This document shows, in pieces, positions 25,140 to 38,328 of a stretch of DNA of 64,000 nucleotides. Under the pieces are notes generated by a model. The model was not told where the DNA came from, did no database searches, and saw only the letters and a program-made list of their open reading frames with translations. Both the position numbers and the translations under genes were made by a program. The stretch is from NCBI GenBank assembly GCA_049999805.1, contig JBNGIO010006274.1:81818-145817 (forward strand), read 5' to 3'. Positions within the stretch are counted from its first letter, which is position 1, and each line of letters begins with the position of its first letter. Source of the stretch: Folioceros fuciformis (lineage: Eukaryota).

Positions 25140-28100
25140 AAAGATCAGAACTCTATCTTCAACACCAGCTACAACCCCAGTTGAATGAGGACTCAACAGC
25201 ATCTTCAGCTCCCACTCCTAGCTCTGGGTATTAGCCGCCTCAGCCGCTGAGAGGAGGTTCCAGCCCTAGCCTCAACCTCCACTCTCAGCCCTAAATGCCA
25301 GCAACCTCAGCAGCTGATTGAGAACCTCAGCACCTAAGCTCCTCACCTCAGCACAACAGTTCTCTACTCCAGCACTTCAAGTCTCTACTCTAGCACTTCA
25401 AACCTCCACTCCAGCACTCCAACTCTTCAATCCTTCACCATCACGTCTCACTCCTAGATTTTAAAACACAGCAGCCCCTCACTTGCAGCCCTTGAGGCAG
25501 GGATGTGCAGACCCAGGCTGGATGGCCTCCTCGGCCCACAACCCTGCAATCCGTCACCTTGGAAACCCCTCAGGGACGTCAAGGTACCCCAACCACCCAA
25601 CCAGCATGCAAGGAAGGTCAACCCCTGTGGATCTGCCCACCCAGATCTCGACGATTTTGGGAGCCGCCACGTTCCCCTAGTGGCATGGGGAATCAAGGCT
25701 GCACACAAGGTCCAAGGAGCTCTCACCAAAAAAAACCCCCCCCCTCAATGACAGGCCTGGCCTCTTATCCCCCCTTGGCCAGGAACCCGTGTCACTATCT
25801 AACCAGGTCAACCCGCCTCCGACAGAACCCTCCACTTGTCAAAACCCTAAACCTAACTCCGACCTAATCCTAACCCTGACCTAGCCCTAACCCCGACTTT
25901 TGCCCTGGTTGCTCTTATCAAAATTAATCGACCACTCAAAACTACCAAAGCTCACGAGTGCCTCTCAACACTCTCTTCCCCCCTCTGATCCTCTCCTTAG
26001 ATCATATGCAACCCTTTAGAGACCCCACTGTCTTCAGATCCTTTCCTCCATTCTGGTAGCCAAGGCCCATGACCCGGTAGACCTACTCATCTAGTGCCCT
26101 GCAGCCCGTCCCCAGCCCCCGCTGAGCCAACCGCCAGCCGCTAGGCGGGAACCTGGCTCTGGCAGTGCCCCCTGCACCTCGTCCTGCCGGCCAGGATTTC
26201 CTCCACAGCGGCCGCCGATCCGGCTCTTGCTGCCTGTCCCTCGATGGTCCCTCCTCATTCGACCGACCTGTTCCCCCCCCTCGGCTTGGCTGGCCGGCCT
26301 AGGGTGGATCGTCGCCTGCTTGCCCAGGTCGACTGGCCAGTGGTCGCCAACCGGCCTCCAGATTCAGCCAGGCAACCAGCATGTCCAGCTGGCTGACTAC
26401 TGGCTTCACCCTCCCAACGCCTGGTAGCTTGGGCTCCTTCTTCGAACAACTCCTGAAAGGTCTTCCGCAGATCCAATGCCACCCTCCTGACCTCCAATTG
26501 TTCTAACTTTTCCTTCAACTCCAGTTCACCCTTAGCGAGGACCTTCTCCCTGCCAACGAAGGCATTCCCCAACTACTGCCATAGCTGCCTATAGAGGTCC
26601 CCTGGCTCAGCCCCAGCTTGATCCTACTAGCGCCACCTTGATGCCTACTTGTCTGCTAGCCTGCCGCGATCCAGCCCAGCCTCCTTGCCAACCAGTTCGC
26701 CTGTCTACGCAACCGCGATTCCGCCTAGCTAATCGGTACCAAAAACACAATCACACAAACAAGAGTTGCTTGGATTTTACCGAGTCTCCCCGCAATTCCA
26801 TCCCCAATCCAATCACCCGCCTACTTGCCGATCCGGCCAACCCATGTGGCCCCCGGCCCTCGGCCTGCGCAATCGCCTACCTGCTACTAGCCAGCCAGCC
26901 AGACCCTCGGCATGGATCCTGGTTCCAGTTTAGCTCAGATCCACCCTGGCCAGCCACCGATCTGCCCGCCGTCAGTTGAGCCCGGAGCACCCTCCTACTA
27001 GCCGCCGATTTGGCCATTCTGCCTACTGTCGGCCTGCTGCAACTGCTTGGTTGCCTCGCCACGGTTTAGCCAGCCCACCGACTAACCACGATCTAGCCAG
27101 CCTGCCTGGATCCGGCGAGTGCCTGGATCTGGCGCCTCCCGGCCTGCCTGGATCCGTCTCCTGCAGCCACAGCCTGGATGCCGGCCAGCCGCCAGCCGGC
27201 CTGGTTGGCTATTGGATTCACCATCTCCGCTGCTTGGAGTCCACCACCAGGCCTCTGCTTGGGTCCAGATCCAACCCCGGCCGCCCAGATTTGGCACCGC
27301 TCACTGGCTTGCCCGGGTGCTTGCCAATCGGCCAGGATCTGCTTGCAGCCCGCCTGGCCTAGATCAAGCATCGCCCGCCTGGCCTGGATCTAGCGCCGCC
27401 CGCCTGGCTCCAACTCCGACCAGCCCTGCCGCCCAGCCATCCCTGTGCTGGCTCTGAGCTTGGTGCGCAGGTCCCGCAGCCTGTCTGGCTGCTTGNNNNN
27501 NNNNNTCTGAGCTTGGTGCGCAGGTCCCGCAGCCTGTCTGGCTGCTTGGCTCCTGATCCGGCAAGCCAACCAGCCGCCGAGCCGGCTAATCCTGCTGCGC
27601 TTCGGGCTGCTTGGTTGCTGACGTGCCCGGCTACGTGCTGTCCCTCGTGCCTGCAGCCAGCCGACCCATTGGATCCAGCCAGGACCCCAGCCCAGACCCG
27701 AACCCGGCCTGCTACACCTATGAATCCCGGCTAGGCCGCGGCCAACACGGCCTGCCTCAGCCTCGCTTCACACCTACCTGGGCCTGCCATAGACTGCCCC
27801 GGCGACCTGCACAGGCCGCCGAGGCGCCTTGCCCCCATCTGGTCTACCTCCACCACTACGGGGCTGCATGCATATCCTGTCCAGGGGTCGCAACCCAACC
27901 ATTCGCCTTCTAGGCCCAGTAGCTGTTGAGCCGCCTGCTGACTCCCCGATCCGGCCCCGTCCTCAACCAGCTATCAGCCGCCAGCCTACCTGGATGCCGA
28001 ATCGCCCACCGCCCAGTTGCCCGGCTCTAGGATCGGCCAACCAGCCAACCACCGGACTTGCCTTCGAATTCGCTAGCAGCCAACAGAATCAGGCCTCAGC

Positions 28101-28630
28101 CTCAATGGCTCCTACTTTGATCTGCCCACCTTTGCCTGGATAGTTTGCTGCTGCAGCCAGCCCGCCGACTGGCCACAGTCCAGTCGACCAGGCGGACTAC
28201 TTGGACCCTCACAGCCCGCCAGCTGTTGGATCGCACAGCTGCTGCTCAACAGCCGACCTCTATTGGCCAGCTCCTACCAAGCCGATTCATCCAGGCCGCC
28301 CACCTGCCTAGCCTATGCCGAGCTGGACCAGCCACAGCCAGCCCGCAAGCCACCTGCAACCTGGCCAGCTGGCCCTCCTGCTTAGCCTTATCAGTCAGCT
28401 CCCATGGATCAGCCCTAGGCCCACCTAGCTTGGATCCAGCGCCGTCTCTGGCTGCCTGCCTGGAGCTGGGCCGGGCTGGGTTGCGGGCTAGGCTCCTCAG
28501 CAGCCCGCCAACCTGCCATCCGACCTTGGCCCTGCTAGCCAAACAACCGGGCCGCTGCTGGCCCCATCCTAATTCCTGCTGCCGCTGGTGGCCTGCCTCA
28601 TCCACACCGGCCAGGATCAGGCCTCCGTGA
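25140..28630. repeat. GC-rich low-complexity region of unidentified repeat/TE origin
   Basis: Dense recurring CAGCC/GGCTG/GGATCC words, no recognisable protein, decayed coiled-coil-like frames on the minus strand, and telomere-like CCCTAA(A) words at 25841-25895. Confidence 0.4.
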
Positions 28631-28814
28631 TTTACCAGCAGCTGATAGTTGCTGATATGTTTGCAATGGAATTTTGCATGAAATTCCACTTCCTAAGAGG
28701 AGCAAAGAATTCAAGGTGCGCATGCAATCCATGAATTCTCCCCCTCCTCGCGCTCATCTTTGACCCTTGCATGTCATTCACTTGTATTGCATGTTCCTTT
28801 GTTCTACGGTTCCA

Positions 28815-30790
28815 ATGTGGCATCCTCTCAAACAATTCCCCGGCCTACCATTTGGGCACTCTCACAACCTCCGTTGGGCCGCTTCACACAACAAGAACTC
28901 ACATGGATGCTTGAGCAGAAAAGATATAGTAGTCATTGTGGGAATGTGCGAGTTGCTTTCATTCCTTTTGAGAGAGTTGCTGATTTTGTGAAAGGGTAGG
29001 AAACCTTGGAAGGCTTCCCAACCAATTTGCACACTCAACGTCACACTCCTCATACCGCTGTGAACAAAGCAGCTCTATTTTACCGCGCCCAACGCACACT
29101 TCACCGCTATTATGTAAGCTTGCATAAGCATTTTTGTGCATATGGTCCTGAAGACAAGCATCTAACGGGGAAAGAAGTGTTTATACAGCTCAGCAACAAA
29201 TCAAAGACTGGCGTGGGCAACAAATGGTCAAAGGTGAAACATGGGGATAGCATCAAAAGGGGGTATCAATATAATTTTGAGATATAACAGCTATTGGTAT
29301 GGCCTGATGGTGCTGAGGTTAAGATTTTTGTGGGCTCCCATGTGGATAGTAATGGCCAATTTTGTCACAGTCGACCATGTGAGAATCCAACTCACTTATC
29401 TCCTCACCTGTCGAAGGATATTCAGAATTGGGTGAAGTATAGGGTGTTTTGCAAGGTTTCAAGAGCCGAAATTCTCACAAACTACGAAAAGATGATGGCT
29501 ATTTAGTTCATGGGCAGAGTATTAGCTACACTCACGCCTTCATGAAGTTATTGTCTTACTGAAACGGATATTGAAAATATTGCAAGAAAAGCATGTGCTC
29601 ACTTCTATGCCTTGGCTACTCGTGATGAGAATAGTGTCTGTTTGTGGATTGCTATGCACAAGGACATTGTATTTCACTTCTCATGAGAACATCCTATTTT
29701 TGCCTTTTGGATATAGACACCTTTCCAAGAGGAGATGCTTGTCAACTTACGAACAAATAACATATTGTCTGTGAATGCAACCTTTGGGACCAACAAATGG
29801 AAAGTGAGTACATGACATGTGATATCTAAGTTTAGAGTCACAATGTAAAAGCTTGTTAATTTTGGTGTTCTCTTCATTTTGCAGAAACAACTTATTTCCA
29901 TCTTAGTTTTCCATGATTATTTCAATGGAATTCCCGTTGCTCGTGTCCTTATAGACTCGAGAGCTAGCAAACAGATAGTGAAGTGGTTACATGCACTTTA
30001 AATCTGCATGTTATCGAAGCACCCTACGTTGACTCCTTCCTCCTTTCTTGTTGATGATTGCCAAGCTGAAATAAATGCTATTTGAATAACCTTTAGCGAG
30101 AGTATGCCATTGTATTTATGTTTGTGGCATGTTCGCAAATGCTAGCACGGGCATATTTTGCAAATGTATGTGATGTAGAAGTGAGGAAACGACTGTATAA
30201 GGGTTTCTCATATATTATGTATGTTAATAGCAGCATACAAAAAGGAGCTGTAACCTATTTGTACACAGAGTTTGAGGCCATTGCATTGGCATTCACGAAT
30301 TATTTTCGAAAGCAACGGGATACTATCATTGACATGTGGTTGGACACCATGCGAACTATGCCACATGCGGGAAAGAATTGTAATTCTAGTATAGAGGCAT
30401 ATCATAGTCACTTGAAAGCAAGAGCTTCTTTGACCAAGAAGCGATTGAGAAGTCGGAGGTTGGATTGGTTATTACACATATTAGTAAAACGACATTTTTT
30501 GTTTCAAGCATATTGCAAGGATAATGCTATCACTCGAAACACCAAATTAGAACGGCAAGTGTAGCATGATTTTACAAAAGCAGACACAATTCCAAATATC
30601 CATGTGAGATTGCCAGTCACAGATGGTGGCACAGCCTATGTGTTGGGGAAGAAGGGACTAGTGTATGAAGTTGACGATGCTGTTATGTTTGGGGCTCCTG
30701 CACATGTGCTCATGCTACACAGAAGTTTGTGTGCAACCACCAATTAAAAGTCTTCTTGATGCTGCAGGATTCGGCACCTAAAATAGTGCA
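28815..30790 (+). pseudogene. Decayed Mutator-like (MULE) transposase / SWIM zinc-finger family
   Basis: Fragments VAFIPFERVADFVKG, FCAYGPED, NATFGTNKWK, SFLVDDCQAEINAI, LCLWHVRK, NSSIEAYHSHLK and RRLDWLLHIL, plus a SWIM motif CTCAHATQKFVCNHQLK. Many stops and frameshifts; GT-AG intron at ~29804-29884. Confidence 0.8.
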
Positions 30791-30792
30791 TG

Positions 30793-31092
30793 TCAAACAT
30801 TTGATGCACTTGAGTCAGCCCATATGTTAGTTCACAATGTCCCACTTGTGCATCAAACATTTGATGCACTTGAGTCAGTCCATATGTTAGTTCACAATGT
30901 CCCACTTGTGCATCAAATATTTGATGCACTTGAGTCAGCCCATATGTTAGTTCACACTGTCCCACTTGTGCATCAAACATTTGATGCACTTGAGTCAGCC
31001 CATATGTTAGTTCACACTATCCCACTTGTGCATCAAACATTTGATGCACTTGAGTCAGCCCATATGTTAGTTCACACTGTCCCACTTGTGCA
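30793..31092. repeat. 60-bp tandem repeat x5
   Basis: Unit TCAAACATTTGATGCACTTGAGTCAGCCCATATGTTAGTTCACACTGTCCCACTTGTGCA. Confidence 0.95.
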
Positions 31093-31221
31093 GCAATTCT
31101 TGTACCAGTTGAAATCCACTCGAGTTGGTAGTGGCGAGCCTCCACCATCTTTAGCTCTCCACCAAGTGAATGATAGGTTGAACAATGACTTGAAGCAGCT
31201 GCTTTCCTTTAGGGAGCACTG

Positions 31222-31318
31222 AGGCCAAAAGCAGGATACGATAGGAGGCCAGAAGCGGAATACGATAGGAGGCCAGAAGCGAAATACGATAGGAGGCCAG
31301 AAGCGCAATATGATAGGA
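31222..31318. repeat. 24-bp tandem repeat x4
   Basis: Unit approximately AGGCCAGAAGCGGAATACGATAGG. Confidence 0.9.
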
Positions 31319-32249
31319 TAAATTCTCAGTCAACAAACAACAGAGTGAAGTTGCAATAGCAATCTACAGTGAGCAGAGGTCTTTTTCAAGTGTAGCTACA
31401 AGAGGAGGCAGCAGCTTGTATCGATATGTTAGACAAAGACAGAGCAGCTTATATCACAATTTCAAACAAAGACGTAGTAACCTACAACAACTGACATCGC
31501 AATTTGAAGTCAAGAAGGATGCCATGCAGCGCAATTTCATAGCAGCTGTCTCTCTTCATATGCAGCCTTAACACGCATTTGAAGTGAACCGAGACTCTCG
31601 GCCCATTCTTTTGGTCTTGAATACAAATGCATACGTACAAGGATGCCATGGGTATATACACATATTTTTTTGTATGTACACTTGCTCTATATTCCATATA
31701 CATCATTACCAATATGTGACCTGTACCAGCCAAGCTAACAAGTTCTCAGTAACTTGTACCCATTTGCGCCTTCTCTGGCCTACCGCACGGCCTTTGTCAG
31801 CTCAATAAAACTTTGAAGTATTTAGGAAACGAGGGTCTTTTGGGGTCGATATAAAAATCAAAACTTCCCAAACAATATTGATTATATTATCTCAAGCAAA
31901 GTTGTTCCTTTCCCAACGGATTACGAACCAGGTCACTTACGAAACAAGTCAAACTAATGTGATGAACAAAAATTTAGGGCTATCTTCTAATGTCTTAATA
32001 TTATAAGATAATCCTAAGTAACAAATGAGAACTTAGTTCCAATAACTAAGAGTATTTTTTCTAATTCAAAGAGAGATGGAAAGTCCCATCTACTCCAAAG
32101 ATTGGAGAAACAACCTGACCAGGAAGCTTTGGAGTAGAACTCGAGTAGGGCCAAAGGTCAAAAGGGGTACTAGCCCCTTCGAACATCAAGACTACCTACT
32201 GCTCCCAAGATATAACATGGGTTTAGGGTTTAAGGCTCCAATATAAAAT

Positions 32250-32650
32250 CCTTGAGCTAAGGATCCTTTGAGAGAGCTAAGTTGGAAGCTTAGGCCGGAG
32301 ATGGCTAACGCAAGCTACTTGGACACCAAGAGCTGGTGTTAGTGTTTGGTAGTTAATCTTGACTATACTTTTGCTTCTAACCGCATGGTTTCTTGCACAC
32401 TTCATCTTTCTCTCGAAGAGAATGTTAATGGTTTGTCTCACCCTCCTAGAAGGATAATTCTAGGATGATGCAACCAATTTGGAAAATGTTGAGGATCCTC
32501 TAACATCACTCATACACTACCTATGTTGGATTTAATTTGGAATTCTAGTGTAAGTAGAAGTATAGAACTTATTGCAATACAATGCCCTTCTTGCAATTTG
32601 TTAGGTCACTATGTCCCACAACAAAAAACATGTCCTAGGTGGACTAAAAC
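32250..32650 (+). mobile_element. Possible LINE ORF1 relic with zinc-knuckle-like motif
   Basis: One frame reads IELIAIQCPSCNLLGHY...TCP; otherwise decayed. Confidence 0.3.
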
Positions 32651-32832
32651 CCTTCTTCAACTTCTTTTACTCATTTGGTACATAAGGTAGTGGGCTATTT
32701 GCATTCTAAGACACGCAATTTGCAGAAGGCAAACATGCTTCCTTATGAAGTTGAGCGGCAGGGAAACAATCGCTTTGTGGGGCGACGGCTAGGGTGACGA
32801 TGGCGCCGGGAGGGATTTAGCTCGGTGGCTCA

Positions 32833-34420
32833 ATGGAGTCGATGAGCCCCCCATGGGGGGGCTCAACAGTTGGCACATGGGCGGCAGTAGTCGGTATGTG
32901 CTCTAATAAACAGAAGGTGGGGGGGATAAACGAGGGGGAGACGGAATCTAATCCTTCTAACGCTAGCCAAAAAAATGTCGCGGCAGAGAAAGACTCGCAG
33001 GTACGGTCTTATGAGTTGGATTCTGCGCAGGCAAAGGTCTATATAGCCAGGCCCTTCCCAAGAATATGCCTCGGGTTCGGCAAAAGAGGGTACAGGGTTA
33101 GAGCTGGGTCCGCTCACAGATGTGCTCATTAAGGCGAGATTTTTTTAAAGGGAAGAGGACAAGCTGGCTGCCAGCTCAGTTGTGGGGAGGCTTTTGTCTG
33201 GTGGTCCTCCTTCCGTGAAGGAATTGGAGGATTGGGTGGCTTAAGTAACGGGATGCCCCCCTACATATGTTTTCCTGAAAGCAGACGGATCTTTCCAAAT
33301 AAAGTGTGACGAGGCCGTTGGGGCTCAGGCCCTTCTGCAAACAACGTTGTCATTCCGAGATTCTATCCCGGTGGTGGTGGAGGCCTGGTCTCCTGGGCAT
33401 ACAATCATGCAGTCTAAAATCAAGCGACACTTTTTGTGGGTGGGTCTTCCAGCCTTGCCAGTTCAGCTCATCCCAATGATTCGCAAAATTCTGGAGACCA
33501 TTGGCAGGATGGTGGAGGTCCCTAAGGTGGGTTCTTGATTCTTCGATAGCAGCAAACCACCTCACTTTGGTGTGAGGGTGGACAACCTCCACACTCTGCC
33601 GGAAGGAGTTGTAGTTCGGGACCCAGAGGACCCAACTAAGTGCTTTACTCAGCTTTTTGATTACCCTGATCTCCCTATCAGATGCGGTGTGTGTGGCTTG
33701 CATAATCATCTTAAGCAGGCCTGTCCTCTTTGAGCTAGAACGGAAAGGAGGAGGGACAGGTCGGAGCAGGCGCAGTCGGGCCCCCTGCCTGGATTCAAAG
33801 AAGCCCCTACAAAGCCTTGGAAGACTAATCCTGGAATGCGGCTGTGGGCAATTAAAATTCAGAAGGACTTCTTCTCGGGGAGCGGTGTGGTAAACAACGC
33901 GCAATCTAAATTGTGTGTGCTCCTGAGGAAGAAAGTCGATAATAAGTACTTCTATTGGATGCCGAAGGGGGGAAAACTTAGAGCCTTGCCTATGCGCTCT
34001 CTCCAGATAGGGGGGTTGTCGGAGGGTCAACTGCCTGCGCTCTGGAGTACAGTTAAGTTGAAAGTTAGGGGCATGTTGCAAGCAAGCTTGGGCTTTGATG
34101 AGCAGGTTGTAAGAACAATTCTACAAGAAGCACGGCATAGTATGGTGTGTCACAGACTGGAGGATAGCACAGTTATCTTGTTTGTGAACACTCTAATTGA
34201 ACTGAGGGAAGAGTGTCATATTCGGGATTTTAAGGTGTCTAGTGGATGGGGGAGCCTTAGCTACTGGCTAACATCAAGGATGTGGAGTTCAGCAAAGGCA
34301 GGGTTACTCTCGCCTCCAGGGTGGTCTTTAAATCACACCTTGGCTTTCTTGGGCTTCTCAATGCTCCGATTTCGATCAAACTTCCAAGCAGTTGGGAGCT
34401 CAGATGAGAAGAAGGTTTGA
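32833..34420 (+). mobile_element. L1-type LINE ORF1 relic (DUF4283-like region plus CCHC knuckle)
   Basis: VVVEAWSPG...LWVGLPALPVQLIPMIRKILETIGRMVEV and LPIRCGVCGLHNHLKQACP (CX2CX4HX4C, ~33680-33727). Stops and frameshifts present; no ORF2 seen. Confidence 0.7.
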
Positions 34421-34696
34421 TGTTTGAGGAGGCGGTGCCCATGGAGGAGGATCTTGATACTGTGGTGCTTAATCGGACGATGAGGTTGTCACCTGCAAGT
34501 GGTACCAACGGTCCTACAAATGATGGCAAGGTTAAAATCGGGGGACCTTCCCAAAGTAGAAGTGCCCATCAGCTTGACCACCCCGAAACACATCAGGGGT
34601 CCTCAAGAATCTCCTAGGATGCAAACCAGGTCGGGGTAGAACGAGAGAACGAGAGAAGGAGAACGAGAGAAGGGCGAACCCTAAGCCTTCTTGCAG

Positions 34697-34865
34697 TATA
34701 GTGGCATGAAGTTTTAGATGAAGGGCACGAAGTGTAGCAATGGGGTGCTTAGTTATAGTGGCATGAAGTTTTAGATGAAGGGCACGAAGTGTAGCAATGG
34801 TGTGCTTAGTTATAGTGGCATGAAGTTTTAGATGAAGGGCACGAAGTGTAGCAATGGTGTGCTCA
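34697..34865. repeat. 57-bp tandem repeat x3
   Basis: Units start at 34697, 34754 and 34811 (TATAGTGGCATGAAGTTTTAGATGAAGGGCACG...). Confidence 0.95.
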
Positions 34866-35577
34866 ATTATAGATCTAGCTGGCTTTAGGCATAATGCTCT
34901 GGCAACCTAAGCATATTCATTACACATGAGACACTGCTTGAGACGCACTTTAAATGGTCATGACAAACCTTGTTAATCTTAGCTAACTTTAAATGAGATT
35001 TGTAAACTAAGCTCCAATCCTAGTCTTGAATGTTGGATAGTATTAGTAGTGATCCAATGTGATATGACGTAATCAAACAATGCTATAGATTGAAACCTTC
35101 TTTTGTGCACGCGAGGAAAGATAGATATACATTGGTCAAGGATATCAAATGCAAAATATGAAGAAACAAATATCCAATGAAGATCAAACCAATATATGTG
35201 CAAACAATATATATCACCATTTGTTTGTAGAATACCATAGATGCATGAACCTTTCAAAGATTAAAATAAGATAAGAAAATTTTAACCCATCCACCCTGAA
35301 GAGGAGATAGATAAATCATGATTGACATACTAGGACTAACCAACTACCTAATGACTACCAATAACACTTAAAATATCATGGTCTAGAACTAATTACTACC
35401 AATAACACTTCAAATATCATGGTCTAGAAAGAGAAAGGGTCTCACTACTAATGCAATGACAAAAGATAGAGTCTAAGAGAAAAGATCTCATGTACTTCTA
35501 CAAAAAATAAATAAAAAAATACCAAGGATAAAAGATCTATTATAAAAAGTCTACTACATAAAAAATCTTCTACACAG

Positions 35578-35900
35578 AGTCTACCCACTTACTAGAGACC
35601 CTAAGTCCAATTGTGAGAAAGGGTCTATCCACTTACTACANNNNNNNNNNGAGAAAGGGTCTATCCACTTACTACAGACCCTAAGAGACCCTAAGTCTAA
35701 TTGTGAGAAAGGGTCTATCCACTTACTACAGACCCTAAGTCCAATAGTGAGAAAGGGTTTACCCACTTACTATAGACTCTATGTCCAATTGTGAGAAAGG
35801 GTCTACCCACTTACTACAGACCCTATGTCCAATTGTGAGACAATGAAATGTGTCCAATTGTTAGACAATGAAATATGAGTCCAATTGTGAGACAATCAAA
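35578..35900. repeat. 44-bp tandem repeat array (contains N gap)
   Basis: Unit CTACCCACTTACTACAGACCCTAAGTCCAATTGTGAGAAAGGGT. Confidence 0.9.
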
Positions 35901-35919
35901 TGTCAGACAATCAAACACC

Positions 35920-36300
35920 CGCCAGAAAATACGAATACCAAGTCCAATGTGATAACATGTCTATAGTCAGCCGGAAAATACAGATACCAAGTCCAATGTG
36001 ATAACATGTCTATAGTCAGCCGGAAAATACGGATACCAAGTCCAATGTGATAACATGTTTATAGTCAGCCAAGTCCAATGTGNNNNNNNNNNTGTGATAA
36101 CATGTTTATAGTCAGCCAAGTCCAATGTGATAACATGTTCATAGTCAGCCAAGTCCAATGTGATAACATGTTTATAGTCAGCCAAGTCCAATGTGATGAC
36201 ATGTTTATAGTCAGCCAAGTCCAATGTGATAACATGTTTATAGTCAGCCGGAAAATATGGATACCAAGTCCAATGTGATGACATGTCTCAGCCGGAAAAT
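35920..36300. repeat. Compound tandem repeat: 33-bp core with longer ~53-bp variants (contains N gap)
   Basis: Core CCAAGTCCAATGTGATAACATGTTTATAGTCAG, sometimes extended by CCGGAAAATACGGATA. Confidence 0.9.
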
Positions 36301-36723
36301 TGAAGAACAATGCTAAGATGGAGAAGAATGCGAGGATGAAAGGAATGTAAATATGGAGAGGAATGCAATAAGGATGAAAGGCAATTGTGAATGTACACGT
36401 CATGGATTGTGAAAGCCACAAGGAAGTGATATCTATAATACACCACGAACTAGCTAAGTGCACTTGACCAAGGCACTCCATGGAGAGAGTCATAACCGAA
36501 AGAGAAGAAGAGATTAGACGATGTCACCAAAGAATGGATATTACATTGATGTACAAGATTATAGAACTCAGATTTCGAAGAAAAAAAATCTTCGCAGCAC
36601 ATTGTTGATCACCATTCCGATGTGGGAGTCCGCTGTCCACAATCACGAAACCATACTACGTGTACCAAAATACTGGGACAAACCCCAATACAGGTCACGC
36701 CAGCCACATCCCTGATGAACAGC

Positions 36724-37815
36724 CTAATCGCTTTGGAAGACCCTCAGGATCCGGAGCAGTGATAAAAATAGGTTGATGATGTCCAGATAGAGTGCCACTG
36801 ATGCCCATACGTACTCGTCGACAGAATAGCGTTTTATCAGCTGATCGGTGTCGTACACGATGTACCCGCAGAATATTAGAGCCCCTAAACCCCCGTATAT
36901 TGTATCTGACAGGGGCCCGAGGGGGAAAAAGATCTGCACAGAATTGCCGAAATTAGGGCCCAAAATTGGCCAGCTAGTGCCCCTCGTATCACATCTGTTT
37001 CATGACAAGAGTACACGGCCAGGGACGTACCTGAATGAAGCCGAACAAAATGAGGACCATAAGGCTCGAGAACAACAGAGGTTCTAGAAAGCTGAAGTCA
37101 TAGCCCCTCTTAGATGCCCAATACGTGTAGCCGGTGAGAGACACGACTATCGTGGTAGTCAATATCAGTGCCTCAAGTACGGCAATCCCTGCAGAGCACA
37201 TGCAGATATCTCCATCAAACTAACCCTGGTTTTAAATGAGACAGCACAACAATGAGGCACACAAAAACAAGGAGCACAGCATACATTCTAACCTGATGTA
37301 AGAGCACAAGTCAGCCCGACAGTCAGGCTGATGCACACGGTGAAAATCCCCAGCAGTACTAGGTTTATGGGATGCCTCTGGTGATAGTAAAAGAGAGGAC
37401 ATAGCGCTGCGACGCAAAGGAGCAGACAAGTCAGTACCAGCAACAAGAAGAAAAAAGAAAACGAGAGGAGTACAAGCGCTACTCAGTAAACAGCAAGCAA
37501 CAAGCAGCGGCAACGGAAGAAGTGCAGAGTTTAGGCCAACCGGAACTTACTGATGAAAGAGGACAATGCTACAGCTAGCAAAACAAAAGGGTTGTTCCGG
37601 AAGAAGATTTGGATTGGCGTGCAAAAGAAGACAACGGCTCCCACAATTACGGTGAGAGCGAGCTGCGTGCTCAGAATCCCATACACCTTCCGAATGAGAC
37701 CCCATCTCAGTTCGTTTTCTCCAGCTGAGATGCCCGGGTAAAGGGCTGACTGCCCAAATCCGCTCTCGAGGTCCCCATAGGTCGGCTTGTAGGAGGAATC
37801 CGCAGATCCATACAT
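36724..37815 (-). CDS. Bax inhibitor-1 family / LIFEGUARD (TMBIM) membrane protein, 4 exons
   Basis: LYPGISAGENELRWGLIRKVYGILSTQL, LEALILTTTIVVSLTGYTYWASKRGYDFSFL and GYIVYDTDQLIKRYSVDEYVWASVALYLDIINLFL. Confidence 0.95.
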
Positions 37816-38328
37816 GATTGCAAGCTTCGCGTCGCCAAGGAATGACGTGGTTCAGGGAAGTCCGATGCCTGCGAGAGTCGTCGATCACAACCTAGCGAAG
37901 AAAAACTGTCTCCCAAGGCCGACCGCGTGCAAGAGTGCGGTGGTGAACCGTCGGCGAGTCGAAGTTTCTACATGGATCAATGGAGCACTTTCTAGGAATC
38001 TCACTCGGTGACGCGTGGTGGCCAGCATATCCGAGCCTTGGTCCTACATGGCGTAGGGTTGCACACGCAAGCAAGCCGTCTGGTCGTGGCTTGCGTGCCG
38101 GGCCGGGGCCCGGCAACCGTGCCTGCCACGCTCCAGTTTGCCGCGTGCCGCGCAGTCCATCGGCTTTTCTCAATCAGTCCCGGCTATTTTCAATCAGTCG
38201 CGGCTGTACGCAATCAGTCGCGGCTGTACTCTCAATCAATCACATTCTGACTTCCGTTCTCAAACGTCCCGACTTCGGCTCCGTCCTTGCTTGCCTCGCG
38301 AGCTTGTGGCAACTTCGGAGCTTGGAGC

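Noticed and set aside
25454-28689. Many 60-160 aa Pro/Ala-rich ORFs
   Set aside because: GC-rich low-complexity DNA lacks stops by chance; no motifs were found.
30793-36300. Tandem arrays (60, 24, 57, 44 and 33 bp) as CRISPR-like arrays
   Set aside because: Units are contiguous with no unique spacers, no cas genes are present, and the context is eukaryotic TE DNA.
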